The translations under genes were made by a program, and so were the position numbers. A DNA stretch of 64,000 bases from the human T2T-CHM13v2.0 reference genome, Homo sapiens: positions 896,001-960,000 of the forward strand of contig CP086569.2 in NCBI GenBank assembly GCA_009914755.4. The letters are read 5' to 3'. Each line of letters begins with the position of its first letter. Position 1 is the stretch's first letter. A model generated the notes under the pieces. The model saw only the letters and a program-made list of their open reading frames with translations, was not told where the DNA came from and searched no databases. This document shows positions 41,090 to 57,990 of the stretch, piece after piece.

Positions 41090-41570
41090 GGAAGAATTAG
41101 CTCACACGATCACAAGGTAAAGCCCTACAATAGCCCGTCTACAAGCTGAGGAGGCAGGAAGCCAGTCTGAGTCCCAAAACCTCAAAAGTAGGGAAGCTGA
41201 CATGGCAGCCTTCAGTCTGTGGCCGAAAGCTCAAGAGTCCCTGGTAAAACCACTGGTGTCAGTCCAAGAGTCCAAAAGGCGAAGAGCTTGAAGTCTGAGT
41301 TTCAATGGCAGGAAGTGTCCAGCACAGGAGAAAGATGGAGGCTGGAAGATACAGCCAGTCTAGTCCTTGCACGCTCCTTTGCCTGCTTTATTCTAGCTGC
41401 GGTGGCAGCAGATGAGAGGGTGCCCACCCAGCTTGAGGGTGGCTGTGCCTCTCCCAGTCCACTGACTCAAATGTTATTCTCCTTTGGCAACACCCTCACA
41501 GATACACCCAGGAACAATACTTTGCATCCTTCCGTTCAATCAAGTTGACGCTCAGTATTAACCATCGCAT
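41090..41570 (+). mobile_element. Fragment of the same ancient interspersed repeat family that was triplicated at 19.2-20.3 kb (5' portion: ...gtcagtccaagagtccaaaaggc...cactgactcaaatgttattctcctttggcaacaccctcacagatacacccaggaacaatactttgcatcc...)
   Basis: Recognised from recalled consensus-like strings; family name not assigned. Confidence 0.5.
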
Positions 41571-41589
41571 AACACCTGCTCCAACACGG

Positions 41590-41800
41590 ATGGACCTTTG
41601 AGAACATGACGCTGAGAGAAAGAAGCCAGATGCAAAAAGACAAATACTCTAGGATTCCACTTATATGAGGTCCCTAGAGTCGTCAAATTTGTAGACACGG
41701 AAAATAGAGTCGTGGGTGCCGGGGGCTTGGGGAGGGAGAAAAGGGGACAGAGTTTCAGTTTTGCAAGACGGGAAACGTCAAAAAGATTTTTTGCATAAAA
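41590..41800 (+). mobile_element. Old L1-type 3'-end fragment
   Basis: gaacatgacgctgagagaaagaagccagatgcaaaaagacaaatactctaggattccacttatatgaggtccctagagtcgtcaaatttgtagacacggaaaatagagtcgtgggtgccgggggcttggggagggag...agtttcagttttgcaagacggg. Confidence 0.6.
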
Positions 41801-41814
41801 AGGGAAAAGACTTA

Positions 41815-42152
<338 letters not shown>

Positions 42153-42257
42153 TTACAAAGGCTCAAGATGGTAAATTTTATGTCTCATGTGGGGTTTTTT
42201 TAACCTCAATCAAAAATTATGGAAACAAGATAAATACCAAAATTATATTTATAGGGT

Positions 42258-42915
42258 TTATACGGTTGTGACCCAAACAGTGGAATTTGTAGGGTTGTGA
42301 CCCAGAGGGCTAAGATTTGTAGGGTTACGACCCAGAGGGCTAGAATTCATAGGGTTGTGACCCACGGGGCTAAGATTCGTAGGGTTATGACCCAGAGGGC
42401 TAGAATTCATAGGGTTGTGACCCAGGGGGCTAAGATTCGTAGGGTACGACCCAGAGGGCTAGAATTCATAGGGTTGTGACCCAGCGGGCTAAGATTCGTA
42501 GGGTTATGACCCAGAGGGCTAGAATTCATAGGGTTGTGACCCACGGGGCTAAGATTCGTAGGGTTATGACCCAGAGGGCTAGAATTCATAGGGTTGTGAC
42601 CCACGGGGCTAAGATTCGTAGGGTTATGACCCAGAGGGCTAGAATTCATAGGGTTGTGACCGAGGGGGCTAAGATTTGTAGGGTTACGACCCAGAGGGCT
42701 AGAATTCATAGGGTTGTGACCGAGGGGGCTAAGATTCGTAGGGTATGACCCAGAGGGCTAGAATTCATAGGGTTGTGACCCAGGGGGCTAAGATTCGTAG
42801 GGTATGACCCAGAGGGCTAGAATTCATAGGGTTGTGACCCAGGGGGCTAAGATTCATAGGGTTATGACCCAGAGGGCTGGATTTGTAGGGTTGTGACTCA
42901 TAGGGGTGGATTTGT
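42258..42915. repeat. Satellite block A: 30-bp unit (gggttgtgacccagagggctaagattcgta / gggttatgacccagagggctagaattcata alternating as a 60-bp dimer), about 21 units
   Basis: Direct read; the ORFs at 42297-42748 (both strands) are translations of this array. Confidence 0.9.
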
Positions 42916-43584
42916 CCAATGAAAGTCAAAGACTGTGGGAAAACTGATTCCTCTGTTTACACCTGGGTAATGATTGAACCAGCCCACTCCACGCTAGGCT
43001 GCGTTCTGCCATGTTCATTTCTCTCAATGCATGAGGTTACTCATGTTGAGCATCGGGCAATCTTCACGCAGAGATTGCTTTTCGCTCCTTCCTCTCTCTT
43101 TGGCAATTCTCTTTCCATCGTGCAGTGAAACACTGGGGAACTTTATTTGCCATGTTTTTATGAGTGGTACTCAGGTTTTATGAGAGTCCCACAACCTTCC
43201 TGACATATGTCTTTCTGCTTTCAGACACCCATTTTTGGCATCCTTTTTTTTTTAATGTTAATTCACTTGGTATTCAAAAGTATGTCTCAAACTCAGGGTT
43301 GTTTCGATTTAATTTGAATTTTGCCTCCAGGTGCCATGGGAGACCCCCGGGCTGCTCCTGGGGCGCTGTGAACGTGTGACGTGGGGAGGGAAACGAACTC
43401 CGTGTGCCAAGCCCTCCGGGTACGTAAAGCTTAGAGGAGCTGAGACCTGGTGATGGGCTTCATGGTGCCTTTGGAGGAAGCCCTTTGGGGAATGTGATAT
43501 GTCCCTTTGAGCCAAAGAGAGTCTAAGGATTTGTGTTCTGCTCCAAGGAGTAGGTAGAGTTTGGGGGAGGGATTTGCTGAAAAG

Positions 43585-46500
43585 GGGAGCCATAGGGCTG
43601 GGACCTATAGCTGTAGGAATTATAGGCTGAGATCCACAGCTCTCTGGCATATAGATGGCTCGATCTGTGGGGCTAAGAGTTGTAGGGTTATGACCCATAG
43701 AGCTGGATTAGTAGGGTCGTGACCCATGGTACTGGGACTCATAGGGTTATAACCCAAAGGGATGGATTCGTAGGGTTATGACTCAGAAGGCTGAATTTGT
43801 CGAGTTGTGACCCAGAGGGCTAGAATTTGTAGGCTTGTGGCCCAAAGGGATGAGATTTGTAGGATTATGAGCTACAGGGCTAGATTCCTAGGGTTCTGAC
43901 CCATGGGGCTGGGATTGATAGGGTTGACACCCAAAGGGCTGAATTCATAGGGTCGTGACTCATTGTGCTGGATTTGCTGAATTTTGACTCAGAGGGCTAA
44001 GAGTTGTAGGGTTATGCCTTATAAAGCTAGATTGATTGTGTTGTGACCCATGGGGCTGAGATTTATAGGGTTGCGACCCAAAGGGCTGAATTCGTAGGGT
44101 CATGACTCATTGTGCTGGATTTGCTGGGTTTTGACTCAGAGGGCTAAGAGTTGTAGGATTATGCCCTAGAAAGCTAGATTGATTGGGTTGTGACCCATGG
44201 GGCTGGGATTCATAGGGTTGTGACCCAAATGGCTGCACTTGTAGATTTGTGACCCAGAAGGCTACAATTCATAGGGTTGTGACACAGAGGGCTAAGAGTT
44301 GTAGGGTTATGATGCATAGAGTTAGATTTGTATGGCTTTGGTCCATGGGGCTGGGATTCATAGGGTTGTCACCCAAAGGGCTGAATTCATAGGGTTGTGA
44401 CTCATAGGGCTGGATTTGCTGAGTTTTGACTCAGAGGGCTAAGAGTTGCAGGATTATGCCCTAGAAAGCTAGATTGATTGGGTTGTGACCCATGGGGCTG
44501 GGATATATAGGGTTGTGACCCAAATGGCTGGACTTGTAGATTTGTGACCCAGAAGGCTACAATTCATAGGGTTGTGACACAGAGGGCTAAGAGTTGTAGG
44601 GTTATGACGCATAGAGTTAGATTTGTATGGCTTTAGCCCATGGGGCTGGGATTCATAGGGGTGTCACCCAAAGGGCTGAATTCGTAGGATTGTGACTCAT
44701 AGGGCTGGATTTGCTGAGTTTTGACTCAGAGGGCTAAGAGTTGCAGGATTATGCCCTAGAAAGCTAGATTGATTGGGTTGTGACCCATGGGGCTGGGATA
44801 TATAGGGTTGTGACCCAAATGGCTGGACTTGTAGATTTGTGACCCAGAAGGCTACAATTCATAGGGTTGTGACACAGAGGGCTAAGAGTTGTAGGGTTAT
44901 GACGCATAGAGTTAGATTTGTATGGCTTTAGCCCATGGGGCTGGGATTCATAGGGGTGTCACCCAAAGGGCTGAATTCGTAGGATTGTGACTCATAGGGC
45001 TGGATTTGCTGAGTTTTGACTCAGAGGGCTAAGAGTTGCAGGATTATGCCCTAGAAAGCTAGATTGATTGGGTTGTGACCCATGGGGCTGGGATATATAG
45101 GGTTGTGACCCAAATGGCTGGACTTGTAGATTTGTGACCCAGAAGGCTACAATTCATAGGGTTGTGACACAGAGGGCTAAGAGTTGTAGGGTTATGACGC
45201 ATAGAGTTAGATTTGTATGGCTTTGGCCCATGGGGCTGGGATTCATAGGGTTGTCACCCAAAGGGCTGAATTCGTAGGGTTGTGACTCATAGGGCTGGAT
45301 TTGCTGAGTTTTGACTCAGAGGGCTAAGAGTTGCAGGATTATGCCCTAGAAAGCTAGATTGATTGGGTTGTGACCCATGGGGCTGGGATATATAGGGTTG
45401 TGACCCAAATGGCTGGACTTGTAGATTTGTGACCCAGAAGGCTACAATTCATAGGGTTGTGACACAGAGGGCTAAGAGTTGTAGGGTTATGACGCATAGA
45501 GTTAGATTTGTATGGCTTTAGCCCATGGGGCTGGGATTCATAGGGGTGTCACCCAAAGGGCTGAATTCGTAGGATTGTGACTCATAGGGCTGGATTTGCT
45601 GAGTTTTGACTCAGAGGGCTAAGAGTTGCAGGATTATGCCCTAGAAAGCTAGATTGATTGGGTTGTGACCCATGGGGCTGGGATATATAGGGTTGTGACC
45701 CAAATGGCTGGACTTGTAGATTTGTGACCCAGAAGGCTACAATTCATAGGGTTGTGACACAGAGGGCTAAGAGTTGTAGGGTTATGACGCATAGAGTTAG
45801 ATTTGTATGGCTTTGGCCCATGGGGCTGGGATTCATAGGGTTGTCACCCAAAGGGCTGAATTCGTAGGGTTGTGACTCATAGGGCTGGATTTGCTGAGTT
45901 TTGACTCAGAGGGCTAAGAGTTGCAGGATTATGCCCTAGAAAGCTAGATTGATTGGGTTGTGACCCATGGGGCTGGGATTCATAGGGTTGTGACCCAAAT
46001 GGCTGCACTTGTAGATTTGTGACCCAGAAGGCTACAATTCATAGGGTTGTGACACAGAGGGCTAAGAGTTGTAGGGTTATGACGCATAGAGTTAGATTTG
46101 TATGGCTTTAGCCCATGGGGCTGGGATTCATAGGGGTGTCACCCAAAGGGCTGAATTCGTAGGGTTGTGACTCATAGGGCTGGATTTGCTGAGTTTTGAC
46201 TCAGAGGGCTAAGAGTTGCAGGATTATGCCCTAGAAAGCTAGATTGATTGGGTTGTGACCCATGGGGCTGGGATATATAGGGTTGTGACCCAAATGGCTG
46301 GACTTGTAGATTTGTGACCCAGAAGGCTACAATTCATAGGGTTGTGACACAGAGGGCTAAGAGTTGTAGGGTTATGACGCATAGAGTTAGATTTGTATGG
46401 CTTTAGCCCATGGGGCTGGGATTCATAGGGGTGTCACCCAAAGGGCTGAATTCGTAGGATTGTGACTCATAGGGCTGGATTTGCTGAGTTTTGACTCAGA

Positions 46501-47860
46501 GGGCTAAGAGTTGCAGGATTATGCCCTAGAAAGCTAGATTGATTGGGTTGTGACCCATGGGGCTGGGATATATAGGGTTGTGACCCAAATGGCTGGACTT
46601 GTAGATTTGTGACCCAGAAGGCTACAATTCATAGGGTTGTGACACAGAGGGCTAAGAGTTGTAGGGTTATGACGCATAGAGTTAGATTTGTATGGCTTTA
46701 GCCCATGGGGCTGGGATTCATAGGGGTGTCACCCAAAGGGCTGAATTCGTAGGATTGTGACTCATAGGGCTGGATTTGCTGAGTTTTGACTCAGAGGGCT
46801 AAGAGTTGCAGGATTATGCCCTAGAAAGCTAGATTGATTGGGTTGTGACCCATGGGGCTGGGATATATAGGGTTGTGACCCAAATGGCTGGACTTGTAGA
46901 TTTGTGACCCAGAAGGCTACAATTCATAGGGTTGTGACACAGAGGGCTAAGAGTTGTAGGGTTATGACGCATAGAGTTAGATTTGTATGGCTTTAGCCCA
47001 TGGGGCTGGGATTCATAGGGGTGTCACCCAAAGGGCTGAATTCGTAGGATTGTGACTCATAGGGCTGGATTTGCTGAGTTTTGACTCAGAGGGCTAAGAG
47101 TTGCAGGATTATGCCCTAGAAAGCTAGATTGATTGGGTTGTGACCCATGGGGCTGGGATATATAGGGTTGTGACCCAAATGGCTGGACTTGTAGATTTGT
47201 GACCCAGAAGGCTACAATTCATAGGGTTGTGACACAGAGGGCTAAGAGTTGTAGGGTTATGACGCATAGAGTTAGATTTGTATGGCTTTGGCCCATGGGG
47301 CTGGGATTCATAGGGTTGTCACCCAAAGGGCTGAATTCGTAGGGTTGTGACTCATAGGGCTGGATTTGCTGAGTTGTGACTCAGAGGACTTAGAGGTGTA
47401 GGGTCATGCCCCATTGAGCTAGATTCATAGGGTTGTGATCCAAGGGACTGAATTCATAGGGTTGTGACTCATAGTGCTGGATTTGCTGAGTTGTGATTCA
47501 GAGGGCTAAGAGTTGTAGGATTATGACCCATAGGGCTGGATTCGTATGGTTGTGACCCATGGGGCTGGGATTCATAGGGCTGGCATCTATAGAGTTGTAT
47601 TCATAGGGTTGGAATTCAGTGAATGGAGCTGATTAGGGCTCGGTCATATTTGCTTGATTTTATAAGGCTAGAACTCATAAGTCTGGGGTCTGTAGAGTTG
47701 GGAATTTTAGGGCTGGACTCTATAGGGTTGGAATCCGTACTGCTAGGACATGTATTGGTGTGTCTCATATAAATGGATTTCATGAGGTTGATATCATACA
47801 TTGAACCCCTTAGGGTTGATATCCCTGAGTCTGAAAAGTATAGGGTTGTGACTCATGGGC
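43585..47860. repeat. Satellite block B: the same 30-bp family organised into a roughly 297-bp higher-order repeat (about 10 subunits); about 14 HOR copies, near-identical across about 44200-47360 and degenerating towards both edges
   Basis: Marker gctgggatatatagggttgtgacccaaatggctgg recurs at about 44500, 44797, 45093, 45386, 45683, 46270, 46565, 46861 and 47157 (spacing 293-297 bp). Confidence 0.9.
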
Positions 47861-48390
47861 ATTACAGGCGTAGAATGGGTTTTAAACTGGACCACGAGTC
47901 ATTTGAGTGATGCAGAGAAGAGCTCATAGCTGCAGCGGCTGGTGAGGGGGTGGGTTGGTGGGCATTAGTGTTCTGCTGGTGTCTTCTTCTTTCACATTCT
48001 CAATGTCAGAGGAGGGTATCAGGTGAGGTTGGAGGAGATGTTGGAGGCTGGCAGGGGAAACAAAAAATGTCTGATACTCCTGGAGGAGAGGAGAATGAAT
48101 AGAAGAAAATATATGTATCATGGTTCTGGCCAGCAAGAAGCAGACCGTAAGGTTGGCTGCCATTGATTTGAAGTGAGACTCCTGGTTGGGTGCCATTGAA
48201 GTGAAGCTATTGGGGGTGCCCACAGGATATTCATGAGTTACATTGAGCCCTAGAGGTGTAGGCTAGGAGTGGGTTGAGATTTGGGTCATTCCAGAAATGT
48301 GCTTCATTTCTGGAGCAAGTAAAACAAAGCAAGCGTGGGCGCGCGTTGAGAATCTGTGCGAGAAAATGATGGTGGCTATTGTCCACATGA

Positions 48391-49755
<1,365 letters not shown>

Positions 49756-49902
49756 TTTTAGGGTTGAGGAATTCCATAGGTTTTTAGGGTTGAGCAAATG
49801 CATACCTTTCATCAGATCCTCAAACAGCCTTGTCAAACCTGACTCCTCTTCCTATAACTTGTGGTGGACGAATATTACAAAAGAAAAGAAAACTTTGGTC
49901 TT

Positions 49903-50199
49903 GGCCAGGCGCGGTGGCTCACACCTGTAATCCCAGCACTTTGGGTAGCCGAGGGGGGCGGATCATGAAGTCAGGAGTTCGAGACCAGCCTGACCAACAT
50001 GGTGAAACCCCATCTCTACTAAAAATACAAAAAAATCAGCCAGGTGTGGTGGTGGGCGCCTGTAATCCCAGCTACTCGGGAGGTCGAGGCACGAGAATCA
50101 CTGGAACCCGGGAGGCGGAGGTTTCAGTGAGCCGAGATTGTGCCATTGCCCTCCAGCTTAGGCAATGAGAGCAAAACTCTGCCTCAATTAAAAAAAAAA
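49903..50199 (+). mobile_element. Alu (full length)
   Basis: ggccaggcgcggtggctcacacctgtaatcccagcactttgggtagccgaggggggcggatcatgaagtcagg...gcaaaactctgcctcaattaaaaaaaaaa. Confidence 0.9.
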
Positions 50200-51578
50200 T
50201 TAGTCTTATAGAGCACCAAAGACCAACCCTAAACAATGAGATGCAATGTGGCAAAGTCAACCTTTGGAGAGCAAAGGATGCTATGAGCAGAATAGTATTA
50301 CTGTAAATAAATAGCCACAGAGAAGCTGGTGGAGGCTCATCCAAGTCATCTTCATTCATTGCCTGAAATGTGGGTGTTTGTCTGTTTGCCAGATAACTCC
50401 GGCCAGAAATAATTTTGCATAAATAGCATTGATCTTCCAGGACCTCCCTTTGGGCTGAGTTTAGTGCAAAAGTCGCTGATGTTTTCACTTCCTTTGGTGG
50501 GGACTTATTCAAGCTCAGTGAATCTCCTTAAATAATAACCTGTAGCCGGTTCCTAGAAGCCTCCTTTCCTCCTTTTCGTCCTTTCCTGGAGAGACTGGAT
50601 CCTCAGCCATTACATGAAGATACCATCACTGAAGGCATCTCGTTGGTGCCCTGTTGGGTGGATTTTTCTTGATACGGAAGTCCAGGCCATGTCTCTCTCA
50701 GGAATTCTGCCTCTGTGAGTGAGTGCTCATTCCAATGGGTAGCTGGGATCCCACAACTTTGCACTTTGCCTTATGTGTTGATACTGTTGACTGAGTTCAA
50801 ACCTGCATGCTGGAAAGAATGAGGTTTAAACCGGGCCATTTTGTCTATGCTAGTGATATAAAAATGACATGCTCTGGAAAATAGTTTGGCAGTTTCTTTT
50901 AAAATTAGACATTGAGCAATCACCTGACTGTTGCACTCCTGGGTAGTTAGCCCAGAGAAATGAAGACTTTTGCTCACACAAAAACCTTTACGTCATGTTT
51001 GTAACAGATTGGTTTGTAATACTCAAAAACTGGAAACAATTTAGATGTCCTTCATCAGCTGAGTAGGTAAACAAACTGTGATACATCTCTACCAGAGAAT
51101 ACTATCTGATAACAAAAAAGAACAGATTATTAACATATGCAACAACCTGGGTGAATCTCCAGGGAATTATGTCAAGTGAAAAAGTAGCATTCTATGTAAT
51201 TCTATGTATGTAGCATTCTTGACCTGGTAAAATTATAGAAATGGAAAACAGATTAGTTGTTGCCAGGGATTAAGGAGGGAGTGGGGGCAGAAGGGAAGTG
51301 GGTATGGCTACAAATAGGCAACAGCAAGGATTCTTGTAGTGATAGAAATGTTTTGTATCTTGGCTATATCAATGTCAATATATGGGTTTGATATTGTACT
51401 ATCAAGATGTTACCACTGCAAGATGTTACCACTGAGGGAAACTCAGTAAAGAGTATATGAGAAAACATAAAAATAATAATAAAGGCAGACATTGCTACCT
51501 AGGGAGAAGGTTGAGACTCACAGAAGGGGATGGGGACATCTCTGGGGACCATTATCTCTGCAGTAAGAGAGAAAAATA

Positions 51579-52352
<774 letters not shown>

Positions 52353-52390
52353 GGGATTAGCATTCTTACGGGAAGTAGAAGAGACACCAG

Positions 52391-52410
52391 AGCTCTCTCT
52401 CTCTCTCTAT
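52391..52410. repeat. (CT)n short microsatellite
   Basis: ctctctctctctctctatctg. Confidence 0.8.
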
Positions 52411-52557
52411 CTGCCATACGAGGACACAGGGAGAAGATACTGTCTATCCACCAAGAAGAGAATCCTCACCAGTAACTGAATCTGGTGACATGCAAACTGC
52501 AGGACTTCCAGTGTCCAAAACTATGAGAAATAAATGTGTAGTGTTTGTGCCCCATAG

Positions 52558-52883
<326 letters not shown>

Positions 52884-53233
52884 CTAGTGGATGGTATTGT
52901 GTGATGGCAGCCCCAGCCGACTAACACACTCAGTTTGCAGCAGCAGTCAAGCAGCCTTCTATCCAGGTTGGTGCTTAGCATGAAAGTTGGACCAGCACCC
53001 TTCCTTCTCCAAGTCATCATTCTTCACCAATTTCCCATCTCTGGGAAAGTCTAGATAATAGTTTGTAGATGCTGCTCACATTCTACGCAATACCAAGGAA
53101 GCATATGATTCAAGTAAGTAATTCAGCTTTATCATTTCCTTCGGCACCTGTTCGTAGATTCAGATCCATTCGTTCATTTCTTCACAGTCATCCGTCAGGC
53201 CAATGGGTATTTGCCACCTAAAAAGTAGATCAT

Positions 53234-54130
<897 letters not shown>

Positions 54131-56136
54131 TCAGGGACTGTGTGATGAAGACAGCTTTTCCCCAGCCAGGCTGGGTTAACGAGGCAGGAAGCGTTCGGTG
54201 ACATCATGACACTGCTGTGCTGCCAGATAGAAAAGGAGAGATTTTCTGTCTCTGAAAACTCAAGGCAAAATAAATTGACCTCTGAGTGGAAATCTTTGCC
54301 ACGGCTTCTCAGCCCACATTTTCAACCAGGAGAATTGTTTCTTAATTAAAAGAAAAAAAAAAATACTCCAGCAAAGGAAAATAAGGGCTTCCATCTCAAG
54401 CCACAAATACTGCAGTAAGGGAAGATAAGGGCTTCCATCTCAATCCACCAACCTGTGTGCGGTTGGTCCCCACTGACTGGGGGGACCCCGTCTTGGTCCT
54501 CACTGCCTGGGGACCAGTGACCCCGTCTTCAGGCACCGATGTTGTCTTTGATCTGGGACTCTGCACCTTCACCCTGACACGACCCAGGGGTGCAAGGCAG
54601 ACAGCAGCCGGCTGGCGGGTTGACGTGTAGGGTGGCGGGGAGCAGGGAGAGGTGGGCTCCGCAGAGAGCTGCTACCTGAACCCGTTCCCTGACATCATTT
54701 TGTTACACCCCTCCGAGACGCGGAGGGGGGTGCCTGGGCCTCCCTGTCAGGGCTCCATACCAGACCCTGTGTCTGCAAATGGCAGCTTGTCAGCCTCATC
54801 AGGCAAGAGCGAGTCTAGCAGACGTTGCTTTTTTTTTTTTTTTTTTTCCAATCCTGCCCCAGAGTCAATTAAAATACAGTAAGGCTGACATTTGCAGAAT
54901 ACAGAATGATCAAAGCCAAAAATGCCCATACAGCTTCTGACATAAAAACAGTGTGTTTGGCGGAAGACAGACACAGTGTAACAGGTCAGGTAATTATGAG
55001 AAAATCTATGATATATCTGTTGCAGTTGGTTAGTTTGTACACACGATCACAGCCATCAAACAAAAGAGCGGGCTCTCTTCTCCTGACGGCTGCGAGAGCC
55101 GCTGACACCGTCTCGTGACGCTGATACAGATGGCTTCTGCAGACAGACTGAATTAATTTGACAGTAAATAGGGGGTAGCGGTTACTGCCTTCTTTAAATA
55201 TCTATTTTTTAATTGCACCTGAGCAGGTTTTATTTTTGCCCTTCTGGGGATTTGCTGGCGAAGCATTTGGTGGTCTTATTAGCCATGCACTCTCCTCCCA
55301 TTTCACGTTACAGCCCTGGGCACAGGTGTGTCCATGCACACACACACATACTGTCACACACACACACACACACGCATGCATGCATACAGCAAAGTTGTTT
55401 TTTGTTGTTTGTTTGTTTTTCTGCTGTGTGTAAATACAGCACGTGTACAAACACACTTTCTGCTGTTTTATCGTTTGCATGCTAATTGCTTGAAAGTAAT
55501 GCATTTTCTCCCCTCTCTTCCCAGCTCCCTCCTCCCAGAATCCATCCCCAACACCCAAAGCTGAACAGATGTGTTCATTATGGTGATTAAGGAATTCTCC
55601 CATCTTGTTGCCTCGATGTGTTTATTAAATTAATGAGGGATGAGACAGATGAATCTGTGCGCTCAGGGTACAACCAGGCAAAAGCCACGGGTGTATTTCA
55701 CGGGGCTGGGTACTCTCTGCCATGCTCACATCGTAATTGGCTTAATGGGTTTTCCGTGATGCGGAATGTCTCTTTCCTCCTCTCTCAGGCAAACTAATTA
55801 CAGCTTTTTACATTAAATTCTAATAGATTTCAATTTATCTCTTCTAAATTATCACAATAATTACAGTAATAAATTAAGCACGTTGACACCATTCATGAAC
55901 ACACTTTGGGTCTGGCGTTACAGCAGCGTGGTGTTGCAGAGGCTGACTAAATAGACGTGCTGGCTGAGGATGATGGGGGCGGCGCTGGGAGAGAGTGTGT
56001 GTCTGTGTGTGTGCGAGCAGATTTGTGATGTTTTTCTGAAAGTCTGCAGAGAGTTCTCCCAAAAGAGAGTTGCATTAAAGGGTACGAATATTTAGAGAGA
56101 ATCATTGTGTCTTCTCTCAAGTTCCCTGGTTGGTTG

Positions 56137-56656
<520 letters not shown>

Positions 56657-57149
56657 AGTGTGTTCATGTCTCACCAGCACAAATATGTAATCAACCGTGT
56701 CCCCTTTGCAGAGTAAGGTGGCCATGAGGTTTCAGGTATATTATCGGATCCTTCTATTCCATTTTAATGACCTCCCATTATTTCTGCAGAGAAGGTGAAA
56801 GTTCCCCTTCAACATCCTTCATCACAGCCATCGCCCCCCAACTCCACTCGCCACTGCCACCCAGACGTCAAATCCTAGAGAGACTTCAGATGGCCGGGGG
56901 AGGCCTTCCTGGCTTTCTTTGTCACTCCACGCCGAATCCGAGTGTCACACGTGGCCCACCTGTGAAGTTCCTGGCCGGTGCTGATATAAATGGTAACAGG
57001 GCCGATGGCCTGCGATTGTCAGAGATTGATTTAGACAGGTGACTTCTTCTGCTTTGTAAGGTAATGAGACCGAACTTTCAGACTAACTTTCCAAACTCTG
57101 GAGGTGACGGCTTCAGTGCAGTCAGTTGACGTAAAAGTTTATCGGCAGG

Positions 57150-57625
57150 CAGCGGTGGCTCACGCCTGGAATCCCACAACTTTAGTAGAGACAGGGTTTC
57201 ACCGTGTTGGCCAGGCTGGTCTCAAACGCCTGACCTAACGTGATCCACCTGTCTTGGCCTCCCAGAGTGCTGGAATTACGACCGTGAGCCACCACGCCTG
57301 GCCCAACAAAACTTATTTAATTTTTATTTTATTTGTTTATTTTTTGAGACAGAGTCCCACTCTGTCGCCTAGGCTGGAGTACAGTGGCGCAATCTCGGCT
57401 CACTGCAACCTCCGCTCCTGGGTTCAAGCGATTCTCCTGCCTCAGCCTCCCGAGTAGCTGGGACTACACGTGCCTGCCACCACACCTAGCTCATTTTTGT
57501 ATTTTAGTAGAGACAGGGTTTCACCATGTTGGCCAGGCTGGTCTCAAACGCCTGACCTAACGTGATCCACCTGCCTTGGCCTCCCAGAGTGCTGGGATTA
57601 CAAACGTGAGCCACCACGCCTGGCC
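57150..57625 (-). mobile_element. Alu complex: short sense Alu 5' piece (57150-57185) joined head-to-head to an antisense Alu left-monomer copy (57186-57304), then a full antisense Alu (57325-57625) with TSD aacaaaacttattt.a. The left end plus TSD is partially duplicated
   Basis: ggcagcggtggctcacgcctggaatcccacaacttt|agtagagacagggtttcaccgtgttggccaggctggtctcaaacgcctgacctaacgtgatccacctg.cttggcctcccagagtgctgg (twice); aacaaaacttattt appears at 57305 and 57626. Confidence 0.75.
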
Positions 57626-57782
57626 CAACAAAACTTATTTTAAATTAAGTTTCCAGTTAAACTTATTGGAACACAGGCATGTGGTAAAATCTAAAATTTA
57701 ATTTAAAATTCAAAAGCATTCCAATTAAAGTGAAATTAAATGCAACTAAATTGAAAATAAAATTAAAATGTATAATGTAGGG

Positions 57783-57990
57783 CACAGTGGCTCATGCCTG
57801 TAATCCCAGCACTTTGGGAGGCCGAGGCGGGTGGATCATCTGAGGTCAGGAGTTAAAGACCAGCCTGGCCAACATGGTGAAACCCCGTCTCTAATAAAAA
57901 TACAAAACTTAGCTATGCATGGTGGCAGTCACCTGTAGTTTCAGCTACTTGGGAGGCTGAGGTGGGAGAATCACTTGAACCCAGGAGGGG
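57783..57990 (+). mobile_element. Alu, 3'-truncated, running into the next minisatellite
   Basis: gggcacagtggctcatgcctgtaatcccagcactttgggaggccgaggcgggtggatcatctgaggtcagg...gaatcacttgaacccaggaggg. Confidence 0.85.

Noticed and set aside
42258-47860. Regular 30-bp direct repeats that superficially resemble a CRISPR array
   Set aside because: There are no unique spacers between repeats because units abut directly. The context is primate nuclear DNA full of Alus, so this is a satellite, not CRISPR.
50200-51578. Long Alu-free unique stretch (also 54000-56100) examined for exons
   Set aside because: No clear acceptor/donor pairs bracketing an open frame could be supported by eye. Left unannotated rather than guessed.
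55330-55395. Imperfect (CA)n with interspersed gcatgcatgcat
   Set aside because: Short degenerate microsatellite of no particular interest.
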